From the NCBI GenBank assembly GCA_036525185.1, contig DATDAW010000029.1:13162-77161 (forward strand): a stretch of 64,000 bases of DNA. Reading direction: 5' to 3'. Position 1 is the stretch's first letter. Every line of letters starts with the position of its first letter. A model generated the notes under the pieces. That model saw only the letters and a program-made list of their open reading frames with translations, ran no database searches and was not told the DNA's origin. The position numbers and the translations under genes were made by a program. The DNA comes from Chthoniobacterales bacterium. Its GTDB lineage: Bacteria; Verrucomicrobiota; Verrucomicrobiia; Chthoniobacterales; DASVRZ01. Of this stretch, positions 37,283-46,568 are shown piece after piece.

Positions 37283-38176
37283 TCAATCGATATAGCGTTT
37301 GACCAATTCTCCGTATGCGTCAATGCGGCGATCGCGAAGAAACGGCCAGTGTGTGCGCTGCGTATCGAGTTTCCCAAGATCAACATCGACCACGAGTATG
37401 GCTTCCTCGGAGACCGAGGCTTTGTCGAGAATCATGCCCGACGGATCAGCCACAAAGCTCTGGCCCCAGAATTCCAAGCCATCGCCGCCTTCGGGCGTTT
37501 CGTGGCCGACACGATTCGGAACAGCGACATAACAGCCGTTCGCGATAGCGTGGCTGCGCTGGATGGTTTCCCACGAGAGGTGCTGGCGTTCGCCGTATTC
37601 GGCTTTTTCCGAGGGATGCCAGCCGATGGCGGTGGGATAGAAAAGAATCTCGGCGCCACTGAGTGCCGTGAGGCGTGCGGCCTCGGGATACCATTGATCC
37701 CAGCAAACGCACACGCCGATTTTTGCGTATTTTGTCTGCCACGATTTGAATCCGAGATCGCCGGGTGTGAAGTAGAATTTTTCGTAGAAAAGCGGGTCGT
37801 CCGGGATGTGCATCTTGCGGTATTTGCCGAGATATGTGCCGTCCGCATCGATGACCGCGGCCGTATTGTGGTAGAGACCTTCAGCGCGTTTTTCGAAAAG
37901 AGAAGCGACGATGACAACGCCGAGTTCTCCAGCGAGTTGGCTGAGAGTTTCCGTGCTCGGACCGGGAATCGGTTCGGCGAGAGCAAAATAATCGTGCTTT
38001 TCGGCCTGGCAGAAATAGAGCGACTTAAACAGCTCCTGCAGACAGATGATTTTTGCACCGCCGGCAGCAGCCGTGCGGATATGGGCCACGGCCTTGGCAA
38101 GATTTTCTGCGGGATCGGCTGAGCAACGCATTTGAATGAGGCCAATAGGGACGATTCCTCGCGGCGAATTAGGCAT
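37283..38176 (-). CDS. aguB: N-carbamoylputrescine amidase (nitrilase superfamily)
   Basis: CLQELF, KMHIPDDP, GVCVCWDQWYPE (catalytic E-K-C triad context). Directly upstream of aguA. Confidence 0.9.
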   Translation of the reverse strand: MPNSPRGIVPIGLIQMRCSADPAENLAKAVAHIRTAAAGGAKIICLQELFKSLYFCQAEKHDYFALAEPIPGPSTETLSQLAGELGVVIVASLFEKRAEGLYHNTAAVIDADGTYLGKYRKMHIPDDPLFYEKFYFTPGDLGFKSWQTKYAKIGVCVCWDQWYPEAARLTALSGAEILFYPTAIGWHPSEKAEYGERQHLSWETIQRSHAIANGCYVAVPNRVGHETPEGGDGLEFWGQSFVADPSGMILDKASVSEEAILVVDVDLGKLDTQRTHWPFLRDRRIDAYGELVKRYID

Positions 38177-38302
38177 AGCCTTAAAACTAAGCGGAGGTTT
38201 TCGGCGGCAACAAACCGAATTTTGTGAAAGTTTGATGTCCAGTTTAAGCGTCTGTCTGAAACAGCCGGCGTGGGTGGAATCAAATCTCCAACATTTTTAA
38301 CG

Positions 38303-38956
38303 ATGACACACTCTTTCTTTTTCCGATTTTTCGTAGTTTTGATGCTGACTCCCTTGCTCGCTTCGGCGCAAACGCCAACGCCAGCTCCCGCGGATATAGG
38401 GGCCCTCAAGGATATCCGGGTGATTTTTCACACCACCAAAGGCGACATTCACGCCACGCTGTTCCCGTCCGCAGCGCCGGGGACTGTCGCCAGTTTCGTG
38501 AATCTGGTAAGGAAAAAGTTCTACGATGGGCTCACGTTCCATCGCGTCGTGCCGAATTTTGTGATTCAGGGAGGAGATCCGCTTGGGACGGGTGAGGGAG
38601 GACCTGGCTACGGGTTCGAAGAGGAGTTTTCGCCAAAATTGCGCTACGACAAGCCGGGTGTAATTGGCATGGCCAGCGAAGGGCCGGGAACGAGGACGAA
38701 CGGAAGCCAGTTTTTCATCACGCATCAAGCCGTGCCCCCTTTGAATGACAAATACACGATCTTTGGGCAGGTGACGCAGGGACAGGATGTTGTAAATCGA
38801 ATCGCGATTGGCGACAAAATCCTGAGCATCGACGTGATCGATGATCCATATGACGTCCTCGCTGCGGAGGCGGACCGAATCGAGCAGTGGAATACGGTTT
38901 TGAAGGCGCCTCTAGGGGACCCGTCAGCGACCGCGAGTCCTACGCCAACGCCCTGA
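38303..38956 (+). CDS. Secreted cyclophilin-type peptidyl-prolyl isomerase
   Basis: Signal peptide, then [15 protein letters not shown] and GSQFFIT motifs. Confidence 0.9.
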   Translation: MTHSFFFRFFVVLMLTPLLASAQTPTPAPADIGALKDIRVIFHTTKGDIHATLFPSAAPGTVASFVNLVRKKFYDGLTFHRVVPNFVIQGGDPLGTGEGGPGYGFEEEFSPKLRYDKPGVIGMASEGPGTRTNGSQFFITHQAVPPLNDKYTIFGQVTQGQDVVNRIAIGDKILSIDVIDDPYDVLAAEADRIEQWNTVLKAPLGDPSATASPTPTP

Positions 38957-38959
38957 ATT

Positions 38960-39856
38960 TTAGATTTGAGCGTCAGCAGGAATACTGAACGGAACGGCGG
39001 TATGCCGGAAATGATTCAACGCCATCACCTGGCCGCTGACGGGATGTTGCCAGCGGAATGACTTCTGGATCGCCTGATTCATAAACAATTTGGCCCGCGA
39101 AACCGCCTCTCGCAGCGGAAGGCCATGCGCCAGATTCGCTGTCACGGCTGAGGAGTAGGTGCAACCACTGCCATGCGTGTCGACGCCCTCCACAAATGGC
39201 GCTTCCAGCCGGGTAACGAAACCATCAGGCTCTACGAGCAAGTCAACGGCGACGCTCCCTGGCAGATGCCCTCCTTTCATGAGGAACGACGTGTCAAATT
39301 TGGCCGCCAATTTGCACCCGGCACGTTCCATTTCCTTCAGTGACCGGATCGATTCTCCAAGCAAAACGGCAGCTTCGTCGAGATTGGGCGTCGCCAGCAC
39401 CGCCCGCGGGAGCAGTTTTTCCTCGTAGGCAGCGATGGCATCGTCGTTTAGCAGTTTGGCGCCGGAAGTCGCCACCATCACGGGGTCGACAACTAGTGGA
39501 AGCGACCTCCCGGATTTATCCAAAACGCGCAAGACAGCTTCGATAATTTCCCTTGAAAACAGCATTCCAGTCTTGATCGCCGCCACCGGAAACGCCTCGA
39601 GGGACAATTGCACCTGTTCCTCCAAAATTCGGGGCTCGATGGGCTGGATGGCGGTCACTTTTCCCGGGACCTCCGCTACGACACACGTCACAGCCGTCAA
39701 CCCATATACACCGAAATGCGTAAATGTTTTCAGATCCGCCTGAATCCCCGCGCCGGCGGAGTTATCCGAACCTGCGATGGTCAATGCGACCGGCGGCGTC
39801 TGGAAATTGCCCGAAACCGGGGCTGGAATGTCAGCGGAAGAATCTGCATTTTGCAT
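38960..39856 (-). CDS. thiD: Hydroxymethylpyrimidine/phosphomethylpyrimidine kinase
   Basis: ALTIAGSDNSAGAGIQADLKTF, VVDPVMVATSG, THGSGCTYSSA. Confidence 0.9.
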   Translation of the reverse strand: MQNADSSADIPAPVSGNFQTPPVALTIAGSDNSAGAGIQADLKTFTHFGVYGLTAVTCVVAEVPGKVTAIQPIEPRILEEQVQLSLEAFPVAAIKTGMLFSREIIEAVLRVLDKSGRSLPLVVDPVMVATSGAKLLNDDAIAAYEEKLLPRAVLATPNLDEAAVLLGESIRSLKEMERAGCKLAAKFDTSFLMKGGHLPGSVAVDLLVEPDGFVTRLEAPFVEGVDTHGSGCTYSSAVTANLAHGLPLREAVSRAKLFMNQAIQKSFRWQHPVSGQVMALNHFRHTAVPFSIPADAQI

Positions 39857-39865
39857 AAAAGAAAT

Positions 39866-40234
39866 ATGCGCGAATTAACAGACTTGCGCGTCTCCGTCGA
39901 TGACGTCGTTTACATGCCGGACCTCAATGCCCCCGTGGAATTTCCGTATCCCTTCGTCTATTTCATCACCATTCACAACGAATCCGATGAAATTGTGACC
40001 ATCAAGGGGCGCAAATGGGTTATTACCGACAAGCGCGGTCATAAGATCGTTGTTGAAGGCGATGGCGTGGTTGGAAAATTTCCCCGATTGGAGCCAGGCG
40101 AATCGTTTTCCTACAACAGCTGTCACGTTGCGGCGCTCGATAGCCGTGCAGAAGGCGCTTATTTTGGCCTTACCGAAGACGGTGAGTCAGTTTTTTGCCG
40201 GATCCCCATGTTCGAAATGCAGGTTCCGGAATGA
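39866..40234 (+). CDS. apaG: ApaG (DUF525) protein
   Basis: PYPFVYFITIHNESDEIVTIKGRKWVITD....VEGDGVVG..P.L.PGESF.Y.S. ATG at 39866. Confidence 0.88.
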   Translation: MRELTDLRVSVDDVVYMPDLNAPVEFPYPFVYFITIHNESDEIVTIKGRKWVITDKRGHKIVVEGDGVVGKFPRLEPGESFSYNSCHVAALDSRAEGAYFGLTEDGESVFCRIPMFEMQVPE

Positions 40235-40328
40235 AAACGACGAGACGAGGGGAAACGGCGGCAAACCGAGTGTTCCAGCAAGCGCGTTTCCTTGAGTTTC
40301 CCGTTTTTGCCGTGATATTCCGGGGAAC

Positions 40329-41381
40329 ATGCAGACCATCGATTTGCTCGGCGTCGCCTTCGGTCTGGCCGTTCTTTCCGGCCTGAATCTTTATCTCACC
40401 GTTTTTGCGTCGGGCCTGGCCATCCGGATGGGGTGGCTCACTCTCAATGACCAATTTCATCAACTTAGCTTTCTAGCGGATCCGTGGATTTTGGGAATAT
40501 CCGGAACGTTTTTCATTCTGGAATTTTTCGCCGACAAGATTCCCTGGGTGGACACACTCTGGGACACCCTTCACACGGTTATACGCCCCCTTGGCGGTGC
40601 CTTGCTCGCTACGAAAGCGTTGGGCGACGCCTCGCCGACGTTGCTGGTTATCGTTGGCCTGCTTGCGGGTTCCATGAGTTTTGCCACGCATGGTTTGAAA
40701 GCGGGGACGCGCTTAATGGCAAACGGTTCGCCCGAGCCATTCTCCAACATTGGCCTCAGCTTGGGCGAAGACGCCGCGGTGCTGGGCGGCCTGGCGCTCA
40801 TTGGATTCAATCCTATCGTCGCGTTGGTTGTTTTTCTGTTCGTTTTCGCCGTCATATTGTTTTATGCGCCGAAGCTTTTCCGGGCAGTTAAAGTCAAAGT
40901 CTGGCTCGCCATCAGGAAATTGAATTTGCCCGCCATTGGCAAATGGGAAGAAGGTTTGTCGGACCGACTACCTGGCAGCACGGCTCAAGGGTTTGCTCGC
41001 ATTAATCTTCTCGGCGAGAAAGTTTTGTGGGCAGTGCCCTGCATTAGCAAGAAAGGCAAACGCATCGCTCCGAACCTTTCGGGCGCTCTTATCGCCACGC
41101 TCGAAGAAAGGAACAGTTTGTATTTTGTTTCCGAAAGCCGCTGGAACAGAACCGGCGAAAAAATCGATCTCGAAGGCGGCTCTGTGGAACTCGTTCCAGG
41201 CTTTCTCTTTGACGAAGTGCGGCTGGCGACGGCGGACGGCAAAAACAAATACGCCTTCATTTTTGACCGTCCACGCGGCAAAGTCGTCGAGGAAATGGTC
41301 CAATCCATTCATAACCGACTCGCGCGTCCGTCAACGGCTCCTGCTGCTGGAACCGGTGCGGATGTCCTTGCTTTGCGGTGA
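40329..41381 (+). CDS. DUF4126-family membrane protein with extra C-terminal soluble domain
   Basis: N-terminal ~190 aa multi-TM region resembles DUF4126 (LSGLNLYLTVF, FFADKIPWVD). The C-terminal ~150 aa are beta-rich and of unknown fold. Confidence 0.7.
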   Translation: MQTIDLLGVAFGLAVLSGLNLYLTVFASGLAIRMGWLTLNDQFHQLSFLADPWILGISGTFFILEFFADKIPWVDTLWDTLHTVIRPLGGALLATKALGDASPTLLVIVGLLAGSMSFATHGLKAGTRLMANGSPEPFSNIGLSLGEDAAVLGGLALIGFNPIVALVVFLFVFAVILFYAPKLFRAVKVKVWLAIRKLNLPAIGKWEEGLSDRLPGSTAQGFARINLLGEKVLWAVPCISKKGKRIAPNLSGALIATLEERNSLYFVSESRWNRTGEKIDLEGGSVELVPGFLFDEVRLATADGKNKYAFIFDRPRGKVVEEMVQSIHNRLARPSTAPAAGTGADVLALR

Positions 41382-42385
41382 AATCTGATGCCGCCTGGAT
41401 GCGCCTCGCCCTGGCCGAGGCGCGCAAAGGAATCGGGAAAACCAGTCCGAATCCCGCCGTCGGCGCAGTCATTGTTCGTGACGGGGAATTAATTTCCCGA
41501 GGCTGGCATCGCAAGGCGGGCCAACCGCATGCCGAAATCATGGCCATTCGCGCCCTCGAGTCGCCCGAATTGGCGCGTGGAGCCACCATTCACGTGACGC
41601 TCGAGCCGTGCAGCACCCAGGGGCGCACACCGCCGTGTGTGGAGGCAATCATCCGCCATGGATTTGCTCGCGTCGTCATCGGGACGAAGGACCCCAATCC
41701 TGCCCATGCCGGACGCAGTGTAGGGATTCTGGAGAAAGCCGGTATCGAGGTGGTTGATGGCATTCTTGAGGCTGAATGCACGGCGCTCAACGAAGCTTTC
41801 AACAAATGGATCGTCACTCGCCAGCCGTTTGTGATCGCCAAATGTGGCATGTCGTTGGATGGCCGCATTTCGCGCCCGGCCGGCGAAAGCCAATGGCTGA
41901 CATCGCCGGAGTCGCGACGAACCGCGCACCAGTTGCGTTCGCGTGTGGATGCCATTCTTGTCGGAGCGGAAACCGTTCGCCGCGACAATCCACGTCTCAC
42001 CATTCGGGGCGTTCGGCACACGAAACAGCCGTGGCGCGTCGTTTTGTCGAGGAATGGTGTTTTGCCTCGGGACGCTCACGTTTTCACGGACGAGTGGAAG
42101 GACCGGACCCTGGTATTTTCCGCTCTGGATGAGGCGCTTACGGAGCTTGGGCGCCGCAACGTCCTCAGTGTTCTCATCGAAGGTGGCGGTCAAATTTTGG
42201 GCGCGGCATTCGATCAGAAACGGATTGATCGCGTGGAGTTTTTCTATGCCCCACTTCTGACCGGCGGCGACAAACCCGCTGTGGCGGGACTGGGAGCAGC
42301 CGGAAATCTGGAAGGAGTCCGCCTTGTGGAGCCAATTTTTCGAAAGTCCGGCCCTGACATCCATCTTTCCGCCCGGGTCGCATAA
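41378..42385 (+). CDS. ribD: Bifunctional riboflavin biosynthesis deaminase/reductase RibD
   Basis: PNPAVGAVIV, HAEIMAI, TLEPCSTQGRTPPC deaminase motifs, then the reductase half. GTG start overlaps the upstream stop (GTGA). Confidence 0.92.
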   Translation: MKSDAAWMRLALAEARKGIGKTSPNPAVGAVIVRDGELISRGWHRKAGQPHAEIMAIRALESPELARGATIHVTLEPCSTQGRTPPCVEAIIRHGFARVVIGTKDPNPAHAGRSVGILEKAGIEVVDGILEAECTALNEAFNKWIVTRQPFVIAKCGMSLDGRISRPAGESQWLTSPESRRTAHQLRSRVDAILVGAETVRRDNPRLTIRGVRHTKQPWRVVLSRNGVLPRDAHVFTDEWKDRTLVFSALDEALTELGRRNVLSVLIEGGGQILGAAFDQKRIDRVEFFYAPLLTGGDKPAVAGLGAAGNLEGVRLVEPIFRKSGPDIHLSARVA

Positions 42386-42480
42386 GGGACAACCTCCAAG
42401 GCGTGCCGTCAGACGAAAAATCTTTGAATGACCTGCAAAGCAGGTGCGTCGAATTTTTCAGAAAGCAAACATCAAAGTTT

Positions 42481-42789
42481 ATGAAAAGGTTCATCCTTGC
42501 CAGCACGCTCGTCCTTTTGGCCATCTTCGGTTTTCAGACGGAATCCAAGGGTCAAGTCGGCTTCAGCATTTCCGTGGGCGACCCCGGTTACTATCGAGGG
42601 TATTACTACAACGATTGCGATCCGTATTACCGGACCTATTACCGCCGAGGGTATTATCGACCGGCTTGGGGCTACCGACGGGTTTACTGGAACTACGACC
42701 GGCCGCGTTACCGCTATTGGCGGAACGATGGTTACGGCGATTACCGCCGCTACCACCGCAGGCATCATCGCCATCATCACGACGATTAA
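42481..42789 (+). CDS. Small secreted Tyr/Arg-rich protein with His-rich C-terminus
   Basis: Signal peptide MKRFILASTLVLLAIFGF. The mature part is dominated by Y, R, G and ends HRRHHRHHHDD. A hairpin lies downstream. Coding status rests on the signal peptide and ORF context only. Confidence 0.55.
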   Translation: MKRFILASTLVLLAIFGFQTESKGQVGFSISVGDPGYYRGYYYNDCDPYYRTYYRRGYYRPAWGYRRVYWNYDRPRYRYWRNDGYGDYRRYHRRHHRHHHDD

Positions 42790-42831
42790 ACGGTGGGCCC
42801 GCGAACGAGGGTGAGAGTTCACGAAAACGAT

Positions 42832-42858
42832 AAAGCGCCGGAGCGAATTCGGCGCTTT
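42832..42858. terminator. Hairpin between the convergent small gene and tRNA-Pro (possible bidirectional terminator)
   Basis: aaagcgccg / cggcgcttt 9-bp stem with a 9-nt loop, flanked by A-rich and T-rich sequence. Confidence 0.5.
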
Positions 42859-42886
42859 CTTCATTTCCGAGTCATCAAAGAAAAAA

Positions 42887-42960
42887 TCGGGCTGACTGGA
42901 TTCGAACCAGCGACCTCTTGAACCCCATTCAAGCGCACTACCAAGCTGTGCTACAGCCCG
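42887..42960 (-). tRNA. tRNA-Pro (anticodon GGG)
   Basis: Minus-strand sequence CGGGCTGTAGCACAGCTTGGTAGTGCGCTTGAATGGGGTTCAAGAGGTCGCTGGTTCGAATCCAGTCAGCCCGA folds as a cloverleaf. It has a 7-bp acceptor, a GCAC/GTGC D stem, a CTTGA/TCAAG anticodon stem with loop AT-GGG-GT, and a TTCGAAT T-loop. CCA is not encoded. Confidence 0.92.
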
Positions 42961-43187
42961 TTAATTTGACGAAACCACCGGGAGCGGAAAGTTGGCGAAT
43001 CACGGCGGGATTTCAAGTCCCTTTATTTACGGATCCTTTCTTTGTTGCCGCCGACGGGTATGGGGCGCTGTCTCTCATCTTCGCAATTTTCCTGTTGCGC
43101 CGTGAAATGCGTCTTTTTTTAGCAAAAGCAGGAAGACCGAAAATGTTTTGACTCGCTTTGCGATTCCTGACACACAAGCCCATCTTT

Positions 43188-43280
43188 ATGACATTGGGTA
43201 GCTTCATTATCATGGCCTTCGCACTCCTGGGTTGCGTTTGGTGGGCGTGCAAGAACGACGACTTTGACAGCGCACCCTGA
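43188..43280 (+). CDS. Possible CcoS/FixS-like small membrane protein (30 aa)
   Basis: Hand translation gives MTLGSFIIMAFALLGCVWWACKNDDFDSAP. This is a single TM helix followed by a W..K..DFD motif resembling cbb3 oxidase maturation protein CcoS. It is below the ORF-track size cutoff. Confidence 0.4.
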   Translation: MTLGSFIIMAFALLGCVWWACKNDDFDSAP

Positions 43281-43460
43281 TCTTGGTCGTTGATTTTGCT
43301 CTTCAGCGCCGTTGCTTCAAAAACTGAGCCTCAAGGTGGCTTTTCCGGGCGCCGAAGCAGATTGTTTTTGGCGGGTGTTGACATGAGCCATCGATCAAAT
43401 TCGCGGAATATTAGGAATTACTGTTGCAAATTTGGCGCTCATTTCTGATACTGCCGTTTC

Positions 43461-43985
43461 ATGAAGCTGCTGAGCTGGTTGAGGTTTGAATGGGATCTCC
43501 GGAATCTGGATTTAGGTCCTGTGGAACTCGCGCGGCAATATTCAATTCGCAGGGCGATCCGCGAAGAGGAAGGCATTGTACGCCGGACCATCCAAAGCGC
43601 TTTTTCTCTGGATGCCGACTGGAGCGACGTCATGAAACGTATTTGGCACGGTATCGACGAAGACATTTCGAGAGCATTCGACTCTCGCGATGCGCGGTGC
43701 CTGGTTCTGACTCATGGCAGTCGCATTATCGGCGCATCGACTCTTTCCACATCACCTGCTGATCTGGTGCATCTTTTGTCGGGCCCGTGCATTCTAATAG
43801 AATACCGCAATCGAGGACATGGCACGGCCTTGCTGGCGGAATCGCTGCGATATCTCGGGGCGTCAGGTCTCGAAACGGCGGTTGGTCTGACGCGAAAGAA
43901 TATGCCTGCGGGAAAGTTCGTTTATCCTAAATTTGGTGGTCGCTTTAGTTCGGCCAGTCTGGAATTGGAGATGGCTCATTTCTAA
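43461..43985 (+). CDS. GNAT-family N-acetyltransferase
   Basis: ILIEYRNRGHGTALLAESLRYL acetyl-CoA binding motif. Confidence 0.75.
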   Translation: MKLLSWLRFEWDLRNLDLGPVELARQYSIRRAIREEEGIVRRTIQSAFSLDADWSDVMKRIWHGIDEDISRAFDSRDARCLVLTHGSRIIGASTLSTSPADLVHLLSGPCILIEYRNRGHGTALLAESLRYLGASGLETAVGLTRKNMPAGKFVYPKFGGRFSSASLELEMAHF

Positions 43986-44064
43986 ACAACTGAAAAAAAG
44001 AACTAAAAAACAGCCAGCTTTTTTCTTTGCCTCTCCCGGCATGCTGGATAGAAAATGACCATCC

Positions 44065-45540
44065 ATGGGAGATTTCTTCGCCGATTATCAAACGGACGGG
44101 TTCTACGACGAAATGTTTGAGGCGCCGGGCAAAGTCCGACCGCACTATCAAGCGCTGCTGAATCGGCTTCAAGAGCTGGGCCCGGACGATTTCCGGCGCA
44201 AGATGGGCGTTGCAGACAAGTCCTTTCTCACGCAGGGCGTCACGTTCACGGTCTATAACAATGATGAGGGCACGGAGCGGATTTTTCCGTTTGACCTGAT
44301 TCCGCGAATCATTCCTGCAAACGAGTGGGCGCACGTCGAGAGGGGGCTTACACAGCGGCTGACGGCGCTGAACATGTTCCTTCACGATATTTATCACGGC
44401 CAGCGCATCATAAAGGAAGGCATTGTCCCTGAGGAAGTCGTCCGCAGTGCCGTTCATTTTCGACCGGAGTTCATGGGATTTGACGTCCCGAAAGACATTT
44501 ACATCCACATCTGCGGCACGGATCTCATCCGTAACGACAAAGGCGAATATTTTGTTCTGGAAGATAACGGGCGTTGTCCTTCGGGCGTCTCCTACGTGCT
44601 CGAGGGACGCCAGGCAATGAAGCGCGTCTTTCCGAAACTTTTTGCGCGTTATCCGGTGAGACCCGTGGACCGGTACTGCCAGGATTTGCTCAATCTCCTG
44701 CGTTACATCGCGCCGGACGGCAATCCGGACCCGACAATTGCCTTGCTCACGCCGGGTATCTACAACTCTGCTTATTTCGAGCACAGCTTTCTGGCGCGGT
44801 CGATGGGAATCGAGATCGTCGTTGGCCAGGATCTGGTTGTTCAAGGGTCGGAGGTCTTCATGAAAACGACCAACGGTCTTAAACGCGTGGATGTCATCTA
44901 CCGGCGCATCGATGACGATTTCCTCGACCCGACGGTTTTCCGCAAAGATTCCGTGCTCGGCGTTCCGGGCATTGTTGAAGCGTATCGAAAGGGGCGCGTG
45001 AGCCTTGCCAATTCCATCGGAACCGGCGTCGCGGATGACAAGGTGACTTACTATTACGTGCCGGATATGATTCGATTCTATCTCAGCGAGGAACCGATTC
45101 TGCCGAACGTTCCAACCTGGCTCTCTGCGCACGATAGCGACCGAGCGTATATTTTGGAGAATATTGAACAACTCGTTGTGAAATCCGCCAACGAAAGTGG
45201 TGGATACGGAATGCTTATCGGTCCGCACGCGACAAAGGAAAAATGCGATCAGTTTCGCGAAGCGATCAAGGCCAACCCGCGCAACTATGTCGCTCAGCCG
45301 GTCATCCAACTCTCACGGTCTCCCTCCTATTGCGACGGGGCTATTGAGGGCCGGCACATCGATTTCCGGCCGTATGTGCTTTACGGGGAAAAAGTAAGCA
45401 TCATCCCCGGTGGATTAACGCGTGTGGCATTGCGCAAAGGGTCGCTGGTCGTCAACAGCTCGCAAGGCGGCGGAAGCAAGGACACGTGGGTGCTTGACGA
45501 GGAATCGCCCGCTCAGACGCAAAGCCAGACTCAGAGCTAG
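44065..45540 (+). CDS. Circularly permuted type-2 ATP-grasp protein (COG2308-like)
   Basis: Characteristic N-terminus FYDEMF...G.VRPHYQ.L, body ([23 protein letters not shown]) and C-terminal GGLTRVAL. Confidence 0.88.
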   Translation: MGDFFADYQTDGFYDEMFEAPGKVRPHYQALLNRLQELGPDDFRRKMGVADKSFLTQGVTFTVYNNDEGTERIFPFDLIPRIIPANEWAHVERGLTQRLTALNMFLHDIYHGQRIIKEGIVPEEVVRSAVHFRPEFMGFDVPKDIYIHICGTDLIRNDKGEYFVLEDNGRCPSGVSYVLEGRQAMKRVFPKLFARYPVRPVDRYCQDLLNLLRYIAPDGNPDPTIALLTPGIYNSAYFEHSFLARSMGIEIVVGQDLVVQGSEVFMKTTNGLKRVDVIYRRIDDDFLDPTVFRKDSVLGVPGIVEAYRKGRVSLANSIGTGVADDKVTYYYVPDMIRFYLSEEPILPNVPTWLSAHDSDRAYILENIEQLVVKSANESGGYGMLIGPHATKEKCDQFREAIKANPRNYVAQPVIQLSRSPSYCDGAIEGRHIDFRPYVLYGEKVSIIPGGLTRVALRKGSLVVNSSQGGGSKDTWVLDEESPAQTQSQTQS

Positions 45541-45558
45541 AACGACAAAAACAAGATT

Positions 45559-46557
45559 ATGCTAAGCAGGGTCGCCGACGCCATTTACTGGATGAGCCGT
45601 TACATCGAACGGGCCGAAAACAACGCCCGGATGCTGGATGTGAATCTCCAGGTAATGTTGGATTACGAGACGCATGGTGGTGTCAGGGCCGAGCGGCACT
45701 GGAGCCCGATCATCAGCACACTTGAGGATCACAAGCTTTTCCAAAAGCTCTACGATTCCATGAGCGGCGATGCCGTTGTGGATTTTGTCACGTTCGCGCG
45801 AAAAAATCCGAACTCAATCTATTCCTGTGTCGCTTACGCGCGCGAAAACGCCCGAACGGTGCGTGAGCAGATCTCGAGCGAAATGTGGGAGCAGATTAAT
45901 AAGCTTTACCTTTTTTTGAGATCCGATGACGCGCAGAAGCTTTTCCGCAACAGTTCCTTCGAATTTTTTAACTACATTGTCGAAGCGTCCCACCTTTTTC
46001 AGGGATTCACCGATGCAACGATGACTCATGGCGAGGGCTGGGATTTTGCACAGGCAGGACGTTTCATTGAACGTGCCGACCGGACTTCGCGCTTGCTGGA
46101 TATGAAGTATCACGTGCTGCTGCCTTCGGGCGAAGAAGTCGGAGGCAACGTCGACACCGTCCAGTGGATGGGGGTTCTCCGTTCATGCAGTGCGCTTGAG
46201 GCTTATCGGAAAATTTATGTGGATCAAGTGGCACCCTGGAAAGTGGCGGAGTTCCTGATCACCGATGATTTGTTCCCGCGTTCAATCAATTTTTGTGTGG
46301 ATCGCGTAGATGAAACGCTGCACAAACTTTCCGGTGCGCCGCGTGGCAGGTTCCGGACGGAGGCGGACCGTCTTTCAGGACATTTACACGCGGATCTGGC
46401 GTTTACGACCATCAAAGACATCTTCGCATTGGGGCTCCATCAGTACCTCGATCGTATTCAGCTTCGACTGATGCAGATCAGCAATGCGTTGACGCGGCAA
46501 TATTGCGGCTGGCAGACGGAAGAACCGGAGGAGGCGGAGACGGCGGAAGCTGCGTAA
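45559..46557 (+). CDS. Alpha-E domain protein (DUF403, COG2307-like)
   Basis: MLSRVADAIYWMSRYIERAEN N-terminus typical of the family. Lies immediately downstream of the cpATP-grasp gene. Confidence 0.88.
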   Translation: MLSRVADAIYWMSRYIERAENNARMLDVNLQVMLDYETHGGVRAERHWSPIISTLEDHKLFQKLYDSMSGDAVVDFVTFARKNPNSIYSCVAYARENARTVREQISSEMWEQINKLYLFLRSDDAQKLFRNSSFEFFNYIVEASHLFQGFTDATMTHGEGWDFAQAGRFIERADRTSRLLDMKYHVLLPSGEEVGGNVDTVQWMGVLRSCSALEAYRKIYVDQVAPWKVAEFLITDDLFPRSINFCVDRVDETLHKLSGAPRGRFRTEADRLSGHLHADLAFTTIKDIFALGLHQYLDRIQLRLMQISNALTRQYCGWQTEEPEEAETAEAA

Positions 46558-46568
46558 ACGCTCGGTCG

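Noticed and set aside
36926-38409. Long ORFs 36926-38122 (+) and 37432-38409 (-)
   Set aside because: They overlap aguA and aguB, which carry catalytic-motif-level matches. The alternative frames have no motifs.
43818-43835. Sigma-54 promoter-like TGGCACGGCCTTGCT
   Set aside because: The GG-to-GC spacing is one nt short of the -24/-12 consensus, and the site lies inside the GNAT coding sequence. A second near-match on the minus strand around 25125-25145 has the wrong spacing and is inside ilvA.
43945-45309. 454-aa minus-strand ORF
   Set aside because: It lies antisense to the circularly permuted ATP-grasp gene, whose family motifs are clear. The translation has no motifs and a skewed composition.
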